From positions 66,932 through 130,931 of the forward strand of contig CASDUK010000002.1 of NCBI GenBank assembly GCA_949283975.1: a stretch of 64,000 nucleotides of DNA, given 5' to 3'. Of this stretch, positions 44,523 through 53,996 are shown piece by piece; position 1 is the first letter of the stretch; the number at the start of each line of letters is the position of its first letter. A program made the position numbers and the translations under genes. The notes under the pieces are model-generated. The model had not been told where the DNA came from and did not search any database. It was given only the letters and a program-made list of their open reading frames with translations. This DNA is from an uncultured Bacillota bacterium (lineage in GTDB: Bacteria > Bacillota > Clostridia > Christensenellales > UBA1242).

Positions 44523-45059
44523 ATGGAATTTGAAATTGAAATAATAAAATCTCTTCAACAAATTAGCTCCGAACTATTTGAGGGCTTTTGTAAATTTATT
44601 TCCCACATCTCAAACTATATTGGGTTTATTTTTGTTTTGGGATTGTTTTTTCTTTTGTATAAATGGAGGTTTGCAATTGCGTTTGGATTGACATATGGCC
44701 TTTCAATTGCAATTAATTTCGGCCTTAAACATCTCTTTAACCGCCCAAGGCCATATGTTGCTTCTGGCGAGGTTTTAAACATTCTTCCCGGAAGCGGCGC
44801 TGCAATGCCAAGCGGCCACACTCTTAGCGCAACGCTAATTTCTTGTTTTTGTTTGTATGTAATTTTTAAGTCTACAAAAAACAAATTTATTCGCGCAATT
44901 TCAACAATTGCCTTTGCAATTTTTATTTCGCTTGTAATTGTTTCAAGAATGTATCTTGGGCAACATTACTTAACAGACACGCTTGTTGGCTTTGGGCTTG
45001 GCCTGCTTTTTTCAGCCGTTGGACTTTATGCTTATAAAAGGATTTCTAAGGAGGCTTAG
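44523..45059 (+). CDS. PAP2-family phosphatase
   Basis: KHLFNRPRP, PSGHT, SRMYLGQHYLTD. Confidence 0.8.
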   Translation: MEFEIEIIKSLQQISSELFEGFCKFISHISNYIGFIFVLGLFFLLYKWRFAIAFGLTYGLSIAINFGLKHLFNRPRPYVASGEVLNILPGSGAAMPSGHTLSATLISCFCLYVIFKSTKNKFIRAISTIAFAIFISLVIVSRMYLGQHYLTDTLVGFGLGLLFSAVGLYAYKRISKEA

Positions 45060-45482
45060 ATGGAATTTGTTTCAAAAAGTTTTAAAGAGACAATAAACTT
45101 TGCAGAAAATTTTGCAAAAACTCTTTCTGCTCCAAAAGTTGTTTTGCTCTCTGGCGACCTTGGCGCAGGAAAGACAACATTTGCAAAAGGCTTTGCGCGC
45201 GGACTTGGCGCTAAAGAAATTATAACCAGCCCAACATTCACTTTGCTAAACGAATATGACTGCAACCCAAAGCTGTATCATTTTGACATGTATCGCCTCT
45301 CCTCAAAAGAAGAGGCCTTTGAGCTTGGATTTGAAGATTACTTCAACAAAAACGACGGAATTGTTTTGGTTGAGTGGGCAGAAAATGTTAGCGGGCTTAT
45401 ACCTCCCCCATATATTGTTGTAAAAATCGACAAAATTTCTGATAATTCGAGAAAAATTAACATAAGCGAGGTTTTGAAATGA
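45060..45482 (+). CDS. tsaE: tRNA t6A37 biosynthesis ATPase TsaE
   Basis: LLSGDLGAGKTTFAKG, FTLLNEY, HFDMYRL. Confidence 0.88.
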   Translation: MEFVSKSFKETINFAENFAKTLSAPKVVLLSGDLGAGKTTFAKGFARGLGAKEIITSPTFTLLNEYDCNPKLYHFDMYRLSSKEEAFELGFEDYFNKNDGIVLVEWAENVSGLIPPPYIVVKIDKISDNSRKINISEVLK

Positions 45483-46126
45483 ACATACTTTGTTTGAACA
45501 CGGGATTCACAAACGCGGACATAGCTTTGCGGTTTGACGGAAAAAATTACTTTAAAACAACAAATTCAAGCGCCAAACACTCTGAAAATCTTTTGCCAGA
45601 AATTGAAAAACTTTTAGAAAAGGTTTGCAAAAATGGAGAGACAACAAGCGAAGTTTTAAATCGAATTGATGTAATTTCCGTTGTGACTGGGCCAGGTTCT
45701 TTTACTGGGCTTAGAATTGGAATTTCAACGGCAAAGGCAATTGCTTTAACCCATGAGCATATGCACATAGTTTCACTTGGCTCTTTAGAATTAATTGCAA
45801 AATTGAGCAAAAACAAGCAAAAAACAGCGATTTTAGACGCACTTAGCGGATATTATTTTATTTCTTGCTTTGATAACGATATTTGCACGCTTGCGCCAAA
45901 AATGATAACTTCAAGCGAACTTTCAAACTTTAAAAACTTTGTTTCAATTGAAAAGTTAAGCTTTGAAACAGAATGCGTTAGTTTTTCTCCTGAAAGCCTT
46001 TTAAACTTAACTCTTGAAAAAATTGATAAAAATGAATTCACAAGCGAGGCAAATCTTCTTCCTCTTTACATTAGGCCAAGCCAAGCGGAGGCAAACTTAA
46101 ATGAAAATAAGCTCAAAAATAACTAA
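45479..46126 (+). CDS. tsaB: tRNA t6A37 biosynthesis protein TsaB
   Basis: VVTGPGSFTGLRIGISTAKA. Start overlaps the tsaE stop. Confidence 0.82.
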   Translation: MNILCLNTGFTNADIALRFDGKNYFKTTNSSAKHSENLLPEIEKLLEKVCKNGETTSEVLNRIDVISVVTGPGSFTGLRIGISTAKAIALTHEHMHIVSLGSLELIAKLSKNKQKTAILDALSGYYFISCFDNDICTLAPKMITSSELSNFKNFVSIEKLSFETECVSFSPESLLNLTLEKIDKNEFTSEANLLPLYIRPSQAEANLNENKLKNN

Positions 46127-46529
46127 AACCAATCTTTTGGAAATTGAAAAAATTTCACATGAAAGATTTGGAAATGAAAGCTGGACAGAAGCTCAGTTTG
46201 AAAGTTCCTTTGCTTTAAGCTCCTCTGTTTTCTTGGTTGCCTTCGAAAAAGAAAAGCTCGTTTCGTTTTTAATTGGACAAGACACCGTCGATTCAATAAA
46301 CATTCTCCTTCTTGCAACAAAAATTGAATTTGAAAATAAAGGAATTGCAAGTCAACTAATTGACAAGTTGGCTAAAAAATTTAAGGGGAAAAAACTTTGG
46401 CTTGAAGTTAAAGAAGGCAACAGCTGCGCAATTAAGTTTTATCAAAAAAACGGATTTAAGCCAGTTTATACAAGAAAAAAATATTATAAAGATGGGCAAG
46501 ATGCAATTATTTTAGAGCGTGAAACTTAA
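46101..46529 (+). CDS. rimI: GNAT N-acetyltransferase, RimI-like
   Basis: GIASQLIDKL...LWLEVKEGNSCAIKFYQKNGF. Position after tsaE-tsaB is typical for rimI. Confidence 0.7.
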   Translation: MKISSKITKTNLLEIEKISHERFGNESWTEAQFESSFALSSSVFLVAFEKEKLVSFLIGQDTVDSINILLLATKIEFENKGIASQLIDKLAKKFKGKKLWLEVKEGNSCAIKFYQKNGFKPVYTRKKYYKDGQDAIILERET

Positions 46530-46587
46530 CATAATTTCTGTGTTTTTGAATATATTAATTTGCAAGAAAAATAATACATGAAAATAG

Positions 46588-46616
46588 TTGACTTGTTTTA
46601 AATGTTGTAGTATTAT
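46588..46616 (+). promoter_or_regulatory. Promoter for greA
   Basis: TTGACT, 17 nt spacer, TATTAT. 5' UTR of about 65 nt. Confidence 0.55.
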
Positions 46617-46687
46617 CTATCTTGCGTTTTAAGGAGCCTAGGGCCTTGCCCGATTGGTCTTCTTTTATTTACAAGGAGGGAACTTAC

Positions 46688-47158
46688 ATGGAAAAAACTT
46701 TTTTAACCCCAGAGGGAAAGAAACAACTTGAAGAAAGGCTTTTAGAATTAAAAACAATTAAAAGGCCAGAAGTTACAAAAAAAATTGGAATTGCAAGAGA
46801 ATTTGGAGATCTTTCTGAAAATGCAGAATATGACGCAGCAAAGGAAGAACAAGGCATGATTGAAGCAGAAATTGCAGAAATTGAACTCAAACTTCGAAAC
46901 TGCGAAGTTATCAATAAAAAAGATTTGTCAACAAGCAAAGTTTCTGTTGGAAGCATTGTTAAGCTTTACGACGAAGCTTTTGACGAAGAAATTGAATATC
47001 AAATCATTGGCTCAACAGAAAGCGATCCTCTTAAAGGTTTAATTTCAAACGAAAGCCCTGTTGGAAAGGCTCTTTTAGGAAAGAAAAAAGGCGAAACTGT
47101 TGAAGTTGAAACACCTGCTGGAATTACAACCTACAAAGTTTTGGCAATTAGGGCTTAG
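46688..47158 (+). CDS. greA: Transcription elongation factor GreA
   Basis: MEKTFLTPEGKKQLEERLLELK...AREFGDLSENAEYDAAKEEQ. AGGAGGG SD before ATG 46688. Confidence 0.92.
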   Translation: MEKTFLTPEGKKQLEERLLELKTIKRPEVTKKIGIAREFGDLSENAEYDAAKEEQGMIEAEIAEIELKLRNCEVINKKDLSTSKVSVGSIVKLYDEAFDEEIEYQIIGSTESDPLKGLISNESPVGKALLGKKKGETVEVETPAGITTYKVLAIRA

Positions 47159-47223
47159 AGCAATTCGGCGGGTTTTATAAAACTGGTTGCAAGATTAATA
47201 AAGTTTAGCGAATAAAATGAAAA

Positions 47224-47260
47224 AGAGTTTTATTACTAAAAAATAAAACTCTCTTTTTTT
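47224..47260. terminator. Intrinsic terminator between convergent greA and the VirB4-like gene
   Basis: AGAGTTTTAT pairs with ATAAAACTCT, followed by CT7. Confidence 0.65.
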
Positions 47261-47288
47261 ATTGTTAAATTTATCCAAGCAACCGGTT

Positions 47289-49970
47289 TTATTCAAATAT
47301 TTCTCTAATTGCGCTTGGCGCTTCAATTTGCATCATTGTTCTGCTCATTGCCCCCGAGATAAAGAAACATTGGCCAACGCCTGCCGTTACAATGCTGTTT
47401 TGTTCCTCCTCATTGATTTCACCAGATTTTCGATAAAGCTCAACAAGGTCGTTCATGTCGTTTGGAGAGAGAGAGAAGATAAGCGAATATTGGCTGGCGT
47501 TAATAACCGCGGTTGACTGCCTTTGAATTTCTGGCGTTCCAACAAAGTCCTTAATATTTTGTGTAATAACAATTTGCATACCTGTATACTTACGAATACG
47601 CTTTGCCATTTGCGCCATGAAGTCAAGAGCAATTGGATAGTTTGGGTTGATGAAAACGTGGGCTTCGTCAACGGCAACAATAACCTTTCTGTTGGTTTTA
47701 AATTTTATGTTAAAATCACGATTTTTAATAATTTCATTGTCCAAATATTTAAAAACTAAAAGCATTTGTGCGTTTGCAATAACTTCGTTTCTGTTTGCCA
47801 AAAGCGAACGGAAGTTAAACGAAACAAAGTTTTCCTTTGTGCTTATTGATGTTGGGCCATTCCAAAGGTTGCTGTTTCTTCCGCCGGAGGCAAATTTTTT
47901 AATGTATGTTTGAATTGTTAGCAAGTTTCTCTTGTGGTATTCATTTTTTTCTTTATCCAGCCTTTTGCAAACTAAGTCATATAAGTCATCAAAAACTGGA
48001 TAGTCTTCGGGCGTTAATTTATCCAAATCTGTCCTTGAATTAATTTTTTTCTTGTCATAAACCTCAACAACAAGTGAGTTTAACGCTTCAAAAGCGTCGC
48101 TATCCATGCCCTCCAAAATAACCTTAAAGAACTGTTCAAGGAATTGAAGGTGGGTTGAGAATGTGTCCGTGCTCTCTTTAAGTTTTAATTTGCCGTCATC
48201 TGTTTCCTCTTCCTCGTCGTCTGTCATTTCGTTAATATCTTTAATGTCGTCCTTAAGCGTTGTCATGACATGGAATGGATTAATAATTCCCATTGCAGAT
48301 GAACCAACATCAATAACTTTTCCCTTAAGATTTCCCGCAAGAACTGTGTATTCGTCTTCTGGGTCTAGAATAAAGATTTTTGTGTTGTCGGCTGCAAAAT
48401 TTGCAAGAAGAGTTTTTGTTGCAAACGACTTACCCGAACCAGATTTACCAATTACCATCATGTTGCTGTTAACTCTTTCACGGTTTCTAAGAAAGAAGTC
48501 AACAAAAATTGGATATTCGTTATATCCGATGTAAAAGCCGTCTCTATCCTGAAGCGCGCCAGAAATAAAGGGGAAAATTGCCGCCAAGGTTGAAGTTGGA
48601 AGCCCTCTTAAATTTTCTTTTATGTTGTCTCTCATTGAGATGTTTGAACTTATGAAACCGTCAACTTGCCTTGCAAAAAGTTCCGAAACCTTGTAGCCCT
48701 CTTGTTTTAAAATTGCCTTAACTTCCTTTCTTGCTGCTTCTTCTGCAACAACATATATATTGATGTCAAAAAGTTGTTGGTTGTTGTTTTTCAAATTAAC
48801 AAGCAATTCTCTAAGCGTGTCCTTGTGTGTTTGAAGTTCAATTGCCTTACTGCTTTTTCCAGATGACTTACTTTCCATTTCCATTATGGCCTTATCAATG
48901 TTTCTTTCGGCCTTATATTTTGGAATTGGGTTAATTTTAACAATAATTTTGGTTTTATCTTGTGAAAAGAAGTTAAAACCCCATGCATTTCCAACATTTA
49001 ATGGATAGTCGCTGAAAGCGAAATGGCGATAGCCTCTTCCGTCAACCGTGTAGCCCGCCGCCTTAAATTTAAGTTCTTTTGGAATGCACCAGTCATAGTA
49101 TTGACTCATTGGAATCATGTCCAATTCTCTTTCGTCAAACTCCTTTCCAAAAGTTGCCCTAACAAAAACGGCAAGGTCTTTTCCTGTTAGCAGCCTTGTT
49201 GTAACCGGCGTTGCAGAGTTTGAAAGGGTTTGCATAACGCCGTTAACTGTTGTTTCCAAAACTTCCCTATCCTTGTCATAAACAACAAAATAGAAATAGT
49301 CTTTATAAACTTTTTCTTGCTTGTTTAGCGCATTAACTCTTGAAACTCTGTCCTCAAAAATTGGAGTTCTAACATCAACTTCCTCGGGCGTCATTTCTCC
49401 CTCATTTTGAAGGTCTATAATTGAATCATACTTTTTGTCTTCAACATAAACATAGTTGTCCAAAATCATTGCCTTGCTAAGTTTAACAATGTTTGCAGTT
49501 TGGCTTTCTGTTAGCCTTCTAAGAGCATTTGCAAATGTTTCAATTAACATGTTCTGTTTAAATTCGTTTAAAAGGCCAAATTCAACTGGGCTAATTTCAA
49601 CAACCTGGGCATAATAATCTTTATAATCAATAAACCTGTCTTGATAGAAACCAACAAAAGGAATAATTTGAGAAATATCAGAGGTTTTTTTCTTTGCATC
49701 TTTAACATATTTTTTCTTTTGAGCAAAAAACCTAAATAAATAGCCTATTGTGTAATAAAATCTAACTCCGTCTGCAACGGGAAGAAACATTGTAAAGGCA
49801 ATAATAAGCCAGCCAATTCCAACCCAAATGTGATAGTTAAATTGCGCAGTAAAAAGCGCAACGGCAACGCCAACGCCAACAAACGCAAAGATTATATCGG
49901 TTAGCGTAATTCCCTTAAAAAATTCTGTTTTAACTTTAATTCTTCTTGGAATAATTCTTGGACTTGCCAT
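47289..49970 (-). CDS. VirB4/TrsE-like type IV secretion ATPase fused to a PrgI/TcpE-like two-TM N-terminal domain
   Basis: N-terminus: IPRRIKVKTEFFKGITLTDIIFAFVGVGVAVALF plus a second TM. ATPase: MVIGKSGSGKSFATK (Walker A), FILDPEDEY, VAVDEAHVF (Walker B), IVITQNIKDF. GGAGGGG SD. Confidence 0.7.
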   Translation of the reverse strand: MASPRIIPRRIKVKTEFFKGITLTDIIFAFVGVGVAVALFTAQFNYHIWVGIGWLIIAFTMFLPVADGVRFYYTIGYLFRFFAQKKKYVKDAKKKTSDISQIIPFVGFYQDRFIDYKDYYAQVVEISPVEFGLLNEFKQNMLIETFANALRRLTESQTANIVKLSKAMILDNYVYVEDKKYDSIIDLQNEGEMTPEEVDVRTPIFEDRVSRVNALNKQEKVYKDYFYFVVYDKDREVLETTVNGVMQTLSNSATPVTTRLLTGKDLAVFVRATFGKEFDERELDMIPMSQYYDWCIPKELKFKAAGYTVDGRGYRHFAFSDYPLNVGNAWGFNFFSQDKTKIIVKINPIPKYKAERNIDKAIMEMESKSSGKSSKAIELQTHKDTLRELLVNLKNNNQQLFDINIYVVAEEAARKEVKAILKQEGYKVSELFARQVDGFISSNISMRDNIKENLRGLPTSTLAAIFPFISGALQDRDGFYIGYNEYPIFVDFFLRNRERVNSNMMVIGKSGSGKSFATKTLLANFAADNTKIFILDPEDEYTVLAGNLKGKVIDVGSSAMGIINPFHVMTTLKDDIKDINEMTDDEEEETDDGKLKLKESTDTFSTHLQFLEQFFKVILEGMDSDAFEALNSLVVEVYDKKKINSRTDLDKLTPEDYPVFDDLYDLVCKRLDKEKNEYHKRNLLTIQTYIKKFASGGRNSNLWNGPTSISTKENFVSFNFRSLLANRNEVIANAQMLLVFKYLDNEIIKNRDFNIKFKTNRKVIVAVDEAHVFINPNYPIALDFMAQMAKRIRKYTGMQIVITQNIKDFVGTPEIQRQSTAVINASQYSLIFSLSPNDMNDLVELYRKSGEINEEEQNSIVTAGVGQCFFISGAMSRTMMQIEAPSAIREIFE

Positions 49971-50032
49971 TTTTCCCCTCCGCTTTCTTCCTTATTATAA
50001 ACAATTGTTTAATTTATACAAAACAATTATGG

Positions 50033-51553
50033 TTAATTGTCTCTAACAATTAACGAATTTTCCGTCATTTCCTTTGGTTTCTTTAAACCCAAAAGCTCCA
50101 ATATTGTTGGCGAAACAGCCCCAAGGCGGCCATCTCTAAGGACAGCGCCCTTGTTTTTCTCGCTAACCAAAATTAATCTAACAGGGCTTGTTGTGTGGCT
50201 TGTAACTGGCTTTCCGTCTCTTTCCATAAGCTCTGCGTTTCCATGATCCGCCGTTAAAATCATTTCTCCGCCAACTGAAAGCGAGGCTTTTGCAATTTTT
50301 TTTGCGCATTTGTCAACAAACTTAATTGCAGTTTGGGTTGCCTTAAAATCGCCCGTGTGGCCAATCATGTCTGGATTGGAAAGGTTTATTAAAACAAAGT
50401 CATAAAGCTTGCTTTTAATTGCTTTAATTGCCCTTTCTGTAATTTCCTTTGCCCTCATTTTTGGAACTTTTGCAAAGTTTTGAACGTTTATGCTTTCAAT
50501 TAAAACTCTTTCCTCCCCGTCAAACGGCTTTTCAATTTGGCCGTTGAAGAAAAAGGTTATGTGGGCATATTTTGTTGTTTCAGCAATTCTAAATTGCTTC
50601 AAACCGTTTTTTGCAAGAACTTGAGAAAGACAATTTTTAATTTCAATTGGTTTAAAAATTAGGTTTATGTTTTTAAAACTTTTGTCATATTCCGTCATGG
50701 TTGCAACAAACAAATTGTCAAGTTTTTTTCTCTCAAACTCCTTAAAATTCTTTTGAGAAAGCGAAGAAATTAGTTCTCTCATTCTGTCCGTTCTAAAATT
50801 GTATGAAATTATAACGTCTCCGCTTTCAACATCTGGAGAATCCTTCAATTTAATTGGAGGGATAAATTCATCATAAACCTGTTTTTTATAGTTAGTTTCA
50901 ATTGCTCTTCTTAGGTTTGATGTTTCGCTGTAACCAGAAACGCTAATTCCCGTTAGCATGTTATAACTTCTTTGAACGCGGTCAAACCTTTGTTCTCTAT
51001 CCATGGAATAAACTCTTCCAGAAATTGAAACAATTTCGCCCATGTTTTCTGTTTTTAAAAAGTTTTCCATGTTGTCAAAAAATGAAAGCCCGCTGTCGGG
51101 CGAAGTGTCCCTTCCGTCTAAAAATGCGTGGAAATAAACCTTTTTAATTCCGTGCTTTTTTAATGTTAAAATTATTTCTTTTGCGTGCTCAATTTTGCTG
51201 TGAACCCCGCCGTCCGACAAAAGCCCCATGATGTGTATGTTCGATTTGTTTTTCTTTGCGTGAGTTGCGGCGTTTTTAAGCGCCTCGTTTTTTCTAAGCT
51301 CTCCGTTTTCAATTGCTTTGTTAATTCTTGCAAGGTCCGAAAAAACAACTCGCCCGCTTCCAAGGTTTAAGTGGCCAATTTCGCTGTTTCCCATTTGGCC
51401 TGGAACAAGCCCAACGTCTTCGCCGCTTGCATAAAGCTTGCAGTTTGGATATTTCTTTCTTAACTTTTCAATTCGCTTTGCGTTTCCATAAATTGCGTTT
51501 CCCGCTTTTTCTTCGCGCTCTCCAAAGCCGTCTAAAATTAAAAGTGTTACCAT
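50033..51553 (-). CDS. gpmI: 2,3-bisphosphoglycerate-independent phosphoglycerate mutase
   Basis: MVTLLILDGFG..., NSEIGHLNLGSGR, ADHGNAE. Start set at ATG 51553. The ORF-track start at 51616 lies inside the terminator/promoter region. Confidence 0.9.
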   Translation of the reverse strand: MVTLLILDGFGEREEKAGNAIYGNAKRIEKLRKKYPNCKLYASGEDVGLVPGQMGNSEIGHLNLGSGRVVFSDLARINKAIENGELRKNEALKNAATHAKKNKSNIHIMGLLSDGGVHSKIEHAKEIILTLKKHGIKKVYFHAFLDGRDTSPDSGLSFFDNMENFLKTENMGEIVSISGRVYSMDREQRFDRVQRSYNMLTGISVSGYSETSNLRRAIETNYKKQVYDEFIPPIKLKDSPDVESGDVIISYNFRTDRMRELISSLSQKNFKEFERKKLDNLFVATMTEYDKSFKNINLIFKPIEIKNCLSQVLAKNGLKQFRIAETTKYAHITFFFNGQIEKPFDGEERVLIESINVQNFAKVPKMRAKEITERAIKAIKSKLYDFVLINLSNPDMIGHTGDFKATQTAIKFVDKCAKKIAKASLSVGGEMILTADHGNAELMERDGKPVTSHTTSPVRLILVSEKNKGAVLRDGRLGAVSPTILELLGLKKPKEMTENSLIVRDN

Positions 51554-51560
51554 ACTATTA

Positions 51561-51588
51561 GTTTTATCACAAAAGAAAAAACTATCAA
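51561..51588 (-). promoter_or_regulatory. Promoter placed for a leaderless gpmI transcript
   Basis: Minus strand: TTGATA, 16 nt spacer, TGaTAAAAC, then 7 nt to ATG 51553. No SD. Confidence 0.45.
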
Positions 51589-51713
51589 AATTTTTCCCGA
51601 AACTTTTCTGGGCCAATTAAAAAAACCAGGCTAAATTTTTGTCTGGTTTTTTAATTAAAACTTAAGGCTGTTGAATGTCCGTCCTTGTGTAAGTCCCCGC
51701 TCCGCTGAAGTTT

Positions 51714-53798
51714 TCAAGTTCCGCTTGGGAAAGTTGTTGAATTTAAATTCCCAAGAACTTCAATTTCGGTTAGTTTTATTAAATTGTAGTCTGTAAACAA
51801 ATTGTTTGGAATGCTTGTAACGCCTGCGCCAAGGGTCAACTTCGTTAAGTTTGTGCACCTTTGGAAAGCCCATGACCCTAAGGTCGAAATGTCGCCGTTA
51901 ATTGTAATTTGTGTTAAACCGCTGCAATCAGAGAAAGCATAAGCATCAATTGAGGTCAATGTGCTTGGAAGGGTTATTTCGGTTAAACTGCTGCAATTAT
52001 AGAAAGCAGAATTGCTAATTGAGGTCACCCCTTCGGAGATTGTTATTTCGGTTAAACTGCTGCAATTATAGAAAGCAGAATTTCCAATTGAGGTCACTCC
52101 TTCTGGAATTGTAATTTCGGTTAAACTGCTGCAACCAGAGAAAGCCCTTTCACCAATTGAGGTCACACTTTCTTGGATTGTTATTTCGGTTAAACTGCTG
52201 CAATTAGAGAAAGCATGCTGGTTTATTTCTGTTGTTCCCTCTCTAATTGTTACGCTTGTTAGAGAACCCTTTGGAACTGAGGGCGCTAGGGCAATGTTTT
52301 CTTCTGTTGTTACATAATATTGAACATTTCCTTCAACTACAATTTCTCCAACCGCCTTTTCTCCGCTTGTAACAACTTCTTTTGCATAATATCCAACCCC
52401 GCCATAATCAAAAGACCCCGCCGTTATATTTAAACTTGAATTGTTATAGACTATTGCCAGCGCATAACAAGCACTGAAAGCAGAACTGCCAATTGAGGTC
52501 AATGTGGTTGGAAGAGACACTGAAGTTAAACTACTGCATTCGTAGAAAGCATAATCGCCAATTTTTGTTGCCTCTTCTGGAATTTCGGAAGTTGAACAGC
52601 CTGAAAGGACAGTTTTTGAAACTTTGTCGTAAAGAACGTTCATTCCCATGTCGCTAAAAGAATTATTTTCCGGCGAAACTGTAATTTTGGTTAATTTTGT
52701 TAGGCCATATTTTATTGGAACACCCACAAATAGTTGAAAATTTTCTGGAATGTAAATGCTTTCCAAATTTGGGTAATGCTGCATAGGGCTGCCATCCGTT
52801 AGCACAGCGCCAATAACTTTATATTGATTTCCCTCAATTGTTACAGTGTTTGGAAAATCTAAGTGGGTTACGTTTTCAAGCTCTTGCCCCTGGCTGCGAA
52901 GACCGTCAACAACTATTGCAAAGTCTCCGCTATACGCAAAGACAAAGCCATATGTTGGGCTTTCCGTGTTGGTGTCTTTATATGTAGGGCTGTCAAAGTC
53001 ATGATAAAAGCAATAATAATCCGTTGGAGAATCTTCTGTTAGAACGAATTCATATGACGGATTCTGCTCTATATATTCTTCCATGCCAATTTTATACACA
53101 AAATTTTCATAGTTTGAATCGCTTGCAATTCCAAGAGGCAAAGCATCTGCAGAGGAATCATATGACATAGTTATTGAAACCGTGTCTCCAATTGCATATA
53201 GGCCAGAGCCGGAAACATTTGTTCCTTCAACGTTGCTGTAAACATTAATTTCCCTCATTTGGGAGGCTTCTGTTAGGTTTATTAAAAAGTCGTAAGACGT
53301 TTCTGGAACAGAAACACTTGTATCTTTAAGAGAAATTGTTAAAACAAAGGTTGCGCTTTCGGCTGGGGCAACAATTGCAGAAGTTGCCTCTTCCTCGCCC
53401 TTTGTTATTGAGATGTTAACATTTTCAATTGAAGCAATTTGGTTTGTTATTGAAACACCAAGGCTTAGCTCCTCGCTTAGGTTTTCAACCGTTAATGAAA
53501 TTTTAATTGGTTCGCCAGACCCGCTAAAAACCAAGTTTAAGGCGTTCCAAATTTCCATGTCCGTTTCCGGCGTTGCATCCTCCCCTTCGGAGAAAATTAG
53601 GGTTGGAAGGGTTGTTGAATTTTCGTTCATTCCCGAAACCGTTCCCGAAACTTTTGCATAGACGCTTGTTGCCTGGAAACTAATTGTTCCGCCAAGGCTC
53701 AACCTTTCTTGGCGCAGCGCAAACACGCTAACAACCAAAAGAGCCAAAACGAGAACAAACATTGAGACTGATGAAATTAATCTTGCTTTTAAACTCAT
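51714..53798 (-). CDS. BspA-type leucine-rich-repeat surface protein (694 aa) with an N-terminal signal anchor
   Basis: MSLKARLISSVSMFVLVLALLVVSVFAL signal anchor. The N-domain is homologous to the giant paralog, and the C-terminal half has LRR_5 repeats. GGGAGA SD before ATG 53798. Confidence 0.8.
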   Translation of the reverse strand: MSLKARLISSVSMFVLVLALLVVSVFALRQERLSLGGTISFQATSVYAKVSGTVSGMNENSTTLPTLIFSEGEDATPETDMEIWNALNLVFSGSGEPIKISLTVENLSEELSLGVSITNQIASIENVNISITKGEEEATSAIVAPAESATFVLTISLKDTSVSVPETSYDFLINLTEASQMREINVYSNVEGTNVSGSGLYAIGDTVSITMSYDSSADALPLGIASDSNYENFVYKIGMEEYIEQNPSYEFVLTEDSPTDYYCFYHDFDSPTYKDTNTESPTYGFVFAYSGDFAIVVDGLRSQGQELENVTHLDFPNTVTIEGNQYKVIGAVLTDGSPMQHYPNLESIYIPENFQLFVGVPIKYGLTKLTKITVSPENNSFSDMGMNVLYDKVSKTVLSGCSTSEIPEEATKIGDYAFYECSSLTSVSLPTTLTSIGSSAFSACYALAIVYNNSSLNITAGSFDYGGVGYYAKEVVTSGEKAVGEIVVEGNVQYYVTTEENIALAPSVPKGSLTSVTIREGTTEINQHAFSNCSSLTEITIQESVTSIGERAFSGCSSLTEITIPEGVTSIGNSAFYNCSSLTEITISEGVTSISNSAFYNCSSLTEITLPSTLTSIDAYAFSDCSGLTQITINGDISTLGSWAFQRCTNLTKLTLGAGVTSIPNNLFTDYNLIKLTEIEVLGNLNSTTFPSGT

Positions 53799-53830
53799 AA
53801 TTTTTTCTCCCTTTTTCCTTATTATTTGAT

Positions 53831-53860
53831 ATTTTACCACTTTTTATTTAAACTTGCTAA
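53831..53860 (-). promoter_or_regulatory. Promoter of the 694-aa LRR gene
   Basis: Minus strand: TTAGCA, 18 nt spacer, TGgTAAAAT. Confidence 0.5.
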
Positions 53861-53931
53861 CGATTTTTCATAAAAAAACAACTTTTTTCTTTTTACGTTC
53901 CGCTCCAATTTTAAAAACCTTAAATAAAAGA

Positions 53932-53953
53932 AAGCCAAAATTTTGGCTTTTTT
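53932..53953 (-). terminator. Palindromic terminator after prfB
   Basis: AAGCCAAAATTTTGGCTT is flanked by A/T runs on both sides. Confidence 0.65.
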
Positions 53954-53996
53954 CATATTAACTTTTGAAAGCTTAAGGCGCAACCCGCAAATTAAA

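Noticed and set aside
51554-51616. An upstream start for gpmI (MAQKSFGKNFDSFFFCDKTNS...).
   Set aside because: The extension overlaps the upstream terminator and promoter-like region and is not part of the conserved iPGM N-terminus (MVTLLILDGFG).
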